Assembly (NCBI GenBank): GCA_949358305.1
Contig: OX442314.1
Location: 620,001 to 684,000 of the forward strand
Origin: Strigamia acuminata
Taxonomy: Eukaryota
Reading direction: 5' to 3'
Length of the DNA: 64,000 nucleotides
Part shown: positions 63,601 to 64,000 of the stretch, piece after piece
How the letters are laid out: every line of letters starts with the position of its first letter
How positions within the stretch are numbered: position 1 is the first letter of the stretch
The notes under the pieces: model-generated
What the model saw: the letters and a program-made list of their open reading frames with translations, nothing else
What the model was told of the DNA's origin: nothing
Database searches by the model: none
Translations under genes and position numbers: made by a program

Positions 63601-64000
63601 CAGCCTTCAATTTAGCTTCCTGTTCAGCCTTCAATTTAGCTTCCTGTTCAGCCTTCAATTTAGCTTCCTGTTCAGCCTTCAATTTAGCTTCCTGTTCAGC
63701 CTTCAATTTAGCTTCCGCTTCAGCTTTCCTTTTAGCTTCCGCTTCAGCCTTTAATTTAGCTTCTTGTTCAGCCTTCAATTTAGCTTTTTGTTCAGCCTTC
63801 AATTTAGCTTCTTGTTCAGCCTTCAATTTAACTTCCTGTTCAGCCTTCAATTTAGCTTCCTGTTCAGTCTTCAATTTAGCTTCCTGTTCAGCCTTCAATT
63901 TAGCTTCCGCTTCAGCTTTCCTTTTAGCTTCCGCTTCAGCCTTTAATTTAGCTTCTTGTTCAGCCTTCAATTTAGCTTCTTGTTCAGCCTTCAATTTAGC
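37430..64000 (-). CDS. Msp300/SYNE1: Nesprin-1/Msp300-type giant spectrin-repeat KASH protein, 3' portion; exons >64000-59747, 58806-58702, 58644-58024, 57040-56708, 56650-56351, 56292-56026, 48818-48165, 48107-47844, 47198-47130, 47069-46770, 46703-46407, 43332-42697, 42638-42466, 42360-41868, 39929-39474, 39351-39202, 39138-38824, 38753-38415, 38357-38076, 37819-37764, 37640-37430
   Basis: C-terminal KASH domain [27 protein letters not shown]...[24 protein letters not shown]; multiple spectrin repeats ([23 protein letters not shown]); all 20 introns GT-AG and frame-compatible, mostly phase 0. Confidence 0.92.
37927..38048. mobile_element. Short hAT-like MITE (CAGTGTTGGGC termini)
   Basis: cagtgttgggcaaa ... 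tttgcccaacactg with gtattttgaaaatac repeats; same termini as 54607-55064. Confidence 0.7.
40251..41520. mobile_element. piggyBac-like element containing a nested hAT-like MITE (40570-41483) with 30-bp and 22-bp tandem repeats
   Basis: ttag|CCC ... GGG|ttaa with gggtcaattttgacc as in 8172-8793; inner TIR taaaggttcatt / aatgaaccttta with flanks ataagtaa / gtgagtaa. Confidence 0.65.
43389..45947. mobile_element. Mutator-like non-autonomous element (about 65-bp TIR, 9-bp TSD) carrying tandem Helitron-like units, a G-rich minisatellite and a MITE
   Basis: TGCCCGGCC at 43380-43388 and 45948-45956; TIR gcgtattagcagaacatacccgatttcggc... versus gcatattggcagaacatacccaatttcagc...; internal gggtgaacggcgggtgaacagCTAG ending at 44499 and 45349. 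Confidence 0.8.
45356..45826. mobile_element. Tc1/mariner-like MITE, same family as 20725-21152, with a (TTA)n expansion
   Basis: TIR tatactcttt.cacactcaaaag...ttggctcccattggcc; internal sequence collinear with the 20.7-kb copy. Confidence 0.85.
47225..47815. repeat. Intronic A-tract minisatellite, 20-bp unit with two A-tracts
   Basis: (agtgaaaaaattgaaaaata)n; related 10-bp array (atttgaaaaa)n at 39361-39450. Confidence 0.9.
48951..54397 (-). mobile_element. Full-length young Gypsy/Ty3 LTR retrotransposon (mdg3/micropia-like lineage)
   Basis: 263-bp TG...CA LTRs at 48951-49213 and 54135-54397 with one visible mismatch (49156 A / 54340 G); TTAA TSD; PBS TCAGAAGTGGGAT next to the 5' LTR; single intact ORF. 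Confidence 0.97.
49227..53945 (-). CDS. Gag-Pol polyprotein, 1,572 aa (Gag with three CCHC knuckles, protease, RT, RNase H, integrase)
   Basis: [18 protein letters not shown] knuckles x3; IDTQS protease site; [36 protein letters not shown] plus HLDH / TDRG / NGQVERMN; Gypsy domain order. Confidence 0.97.
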   Translation of the reverse strand: MAEIKAVVEKIERGEFPSGVEWEMLRVKDLKPLLAERNIASPRIKCKMLTALRAAVATELGIVDEEDDEEEEEKDEEKVEDNDPEIEENPPVQAMTNGGFSADQVQEMMKQMMATMLAMQTKPEAPKEPKEVKNAPKLPRFSGDQNELRTTTQWLADVHEYAKEYKWTNATKVTTAAAALDGPAKVWHENSGTTIRKFDAWEAELKKNFPDQRLTYDEKERLIRAPQKNDETAETYLRRKWATCEKLGMTIGDAQEYLLDGLKLKTATAPMYFLQYQHITEIVRTMRSVEARTKVAIVETKVKTSTAKPTGNAMIKCYKCGEKGHRKEDCPNELKCFKCHESGHLSNACPNGTKCFNCSGFGHMANTCPEPKKERKQPSKDKLDVKTKKIYKIEAEEMQPEFETMMWVDGKKCSAGIDTQSAVCLISKTFAKRTKIEEPDYEFVIEGFNQDASRYRGRTRCDVESANVKLADVEFYVVDDARMPTEVWIGKPFLKHPTITMQSDGGYVTFRPREGMQDEAGITRIKPKITAAKPRALVIDENKVVPAHSISLVTVRAKNQSDGLFYVENERAVTDRLEVPEGLIEVKNERAIMPIINDGPEEVRVTRGRKLGHVEITEEEPSLHQVQVKKVATTEASPRMRITADEINLGKSVTPEETEIVLTMINDEFRDCFATSLEEVGCFPDLKMEIEVTTTRPTNLRRYQYSAAQQKEIDKMVAELEGAGFVTRSKSPFNSPIVMVRKKTGEWRICIDFRSLNEITVKEHFPCPRMDELLDGTHEWRVFLVFDLASGYYQIELTAGAQEKTAFSTMNGKYQFVRMPFGLINAPFVFNRVMELAFGHLPYEVLRRYMDDLLSGAKTNAELIEKMRKILIEVRRSKLTLKLSKCHFLCEEVQFLGLRLTKDGLRPGFEKTSAIKNFAKPKDVRGVRSFLGLCGYFRRFIAGYATKTRALTKLTRKNETFVWTTECEAAFQGLIGELIAEPVLKIYDNTRPCEVHTDASQDGIGAVLMQRGEGNDLHPIIYASRTTTECEKRYHSTELELMAVVWAVLKFRMYLYGSEFTVVTDCEAVRYGLKKRELTPRIGRWVLALSEYNFKAIHRPGLLMGHVDALSRNAEPASGEETEMERRFKVNQIKFTEGDWLVAAQESDPECKELKDALLIEDKSLLNERMQHKSRGYRIKKGHVYFELTANGRRRDVLYLPKMMRRQITNEVHIGHAHPGVDATIEAIRKRFWFPRMRSYVKAAVGTCVECLMRKEPGGKRAGELNIIERQRVPFHTVHLDHVGPFPKSGIGYRHILVAVCNFSKLVFLMPVKSTNATTTCKEIRKLCARMWIPTRIITDRGTAFTNALFAEMCTELEIRHVLTSTENPRANGQVERMNRTIVPMLASQTTKDDGSDWSKGIDKVEIAINSRINQSTKKTPLEVLYGFQPRTIIEPRLSAIVVEENDENETEIEDVRNEAYETLTENQIKQKKAFDRHRGPSRTYEVGDVVVVRRKAIAIQGKAGKLSNLYRGPLRVSRRISSTVYEVTSLENPPRYKTTAPIDQMKKWTFEDDAASGAEDELTGVGGGADI
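54607..55064. mobile_element. hAT-like MITE with GTACCG repeats
   Basis: TIR cagtgttgggc / gcccaacactg; perfect 8-bp TSD TTGGCAGG. Confidence 0.88.
55255..55727. mobile_element. piggyBac-like MITE with a long internal palindrome (about 55522-55655)
   Basis: TTAA|ccttcccatagcca ... tggctatgggaagg|TTAA. Confidence 0.82.
57137..57934. mobile_element. Probable hAT-like MITE with ATACCGGT repeats and 30-bp AT-rich array
   Basis: tagg...ccta ends, taccggta subterminal motifs at both sides; TSD not clean. Confidence 0.5.
58990..59419. mobile_element. MITE with TTCGCCGAA repeats and 9-bp TSD (Mutator-like)
   Basis: CTTACCAGC at 58981-58989 and 59420-59428; TIR cctttcgccgaatcc / ggattcggcgaaagg; core shared with 36401-36867. 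Confidence 0.78.
60490..61770 (-). repeat. Nine coding repeats of about 45-52 aa (core [20 protein letters not shown]) in the nesprin giant exon
   Basis: 150-bp period at 60811, 60961, 61111, 61261. Confidence 0.93.
62040..64000 (-). repeat. 24-bp coding repeat (KAEQEAKL)n in the nesprin giant exon, running off the window edge
   Basis: Unit ttcagccttcaatttagcttc(c/t)tg with variants [24 protein letters not shown]. Confidence 0.95.

Noticed and set aside
60444..63946. Plus-strand Cys/Phe-rich repeat ORFs ([17 protein letters not shown])
   Set aside because: Antisense shadows of the nesprin coding repeats.
59735..63994. Bacterial TolA-like or horizontally transferred standalone gene
   Set aside because: Similarity is low-complexity only; the ORF ends at a GT donor (59746) and splices in frame into spectrin-repeat exons.

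Overview
Eukaryotic (invertebrate, probably arthropod-like) genomic DNA with GC-rich exons and short AT-rich introns. Left: a very compact four-gene cluster, SCFD1/Sly1 3' end (+), BMP2/4-dpp (-), CDKN3 (+) and SLC30A6/ZnT6 (-). Middle (about 9.3-36.2 kb): a tandem duplication, offset 15,007 bp, of an unrecognised two-exon gene for a ~2,383-aa secreted protein. It has about 22 copies of a ~90-aa domain, an N-terminal Ser/Gly block, a central (KEPHHEKPGH)x11 block and three Cys, all C-terminal. The two transcription units are almost identical while their flanks are diverged and carry different TE insertions. Right (37.4-64 kb): the 3' part of a nesprin/Msp300-type KASH gene (-), 21 exons reconstructed, including a giant repeat-encoding exon. 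Its introns hold nested TEs, including an intact young Gypsy LTR element with a tRNA-Leu-type PBS and a tRNA-Leu-5'-like sequence where the PPT is expected. Gene models and identities come from manual splice-site reading and recalled family motifs, not database searches.
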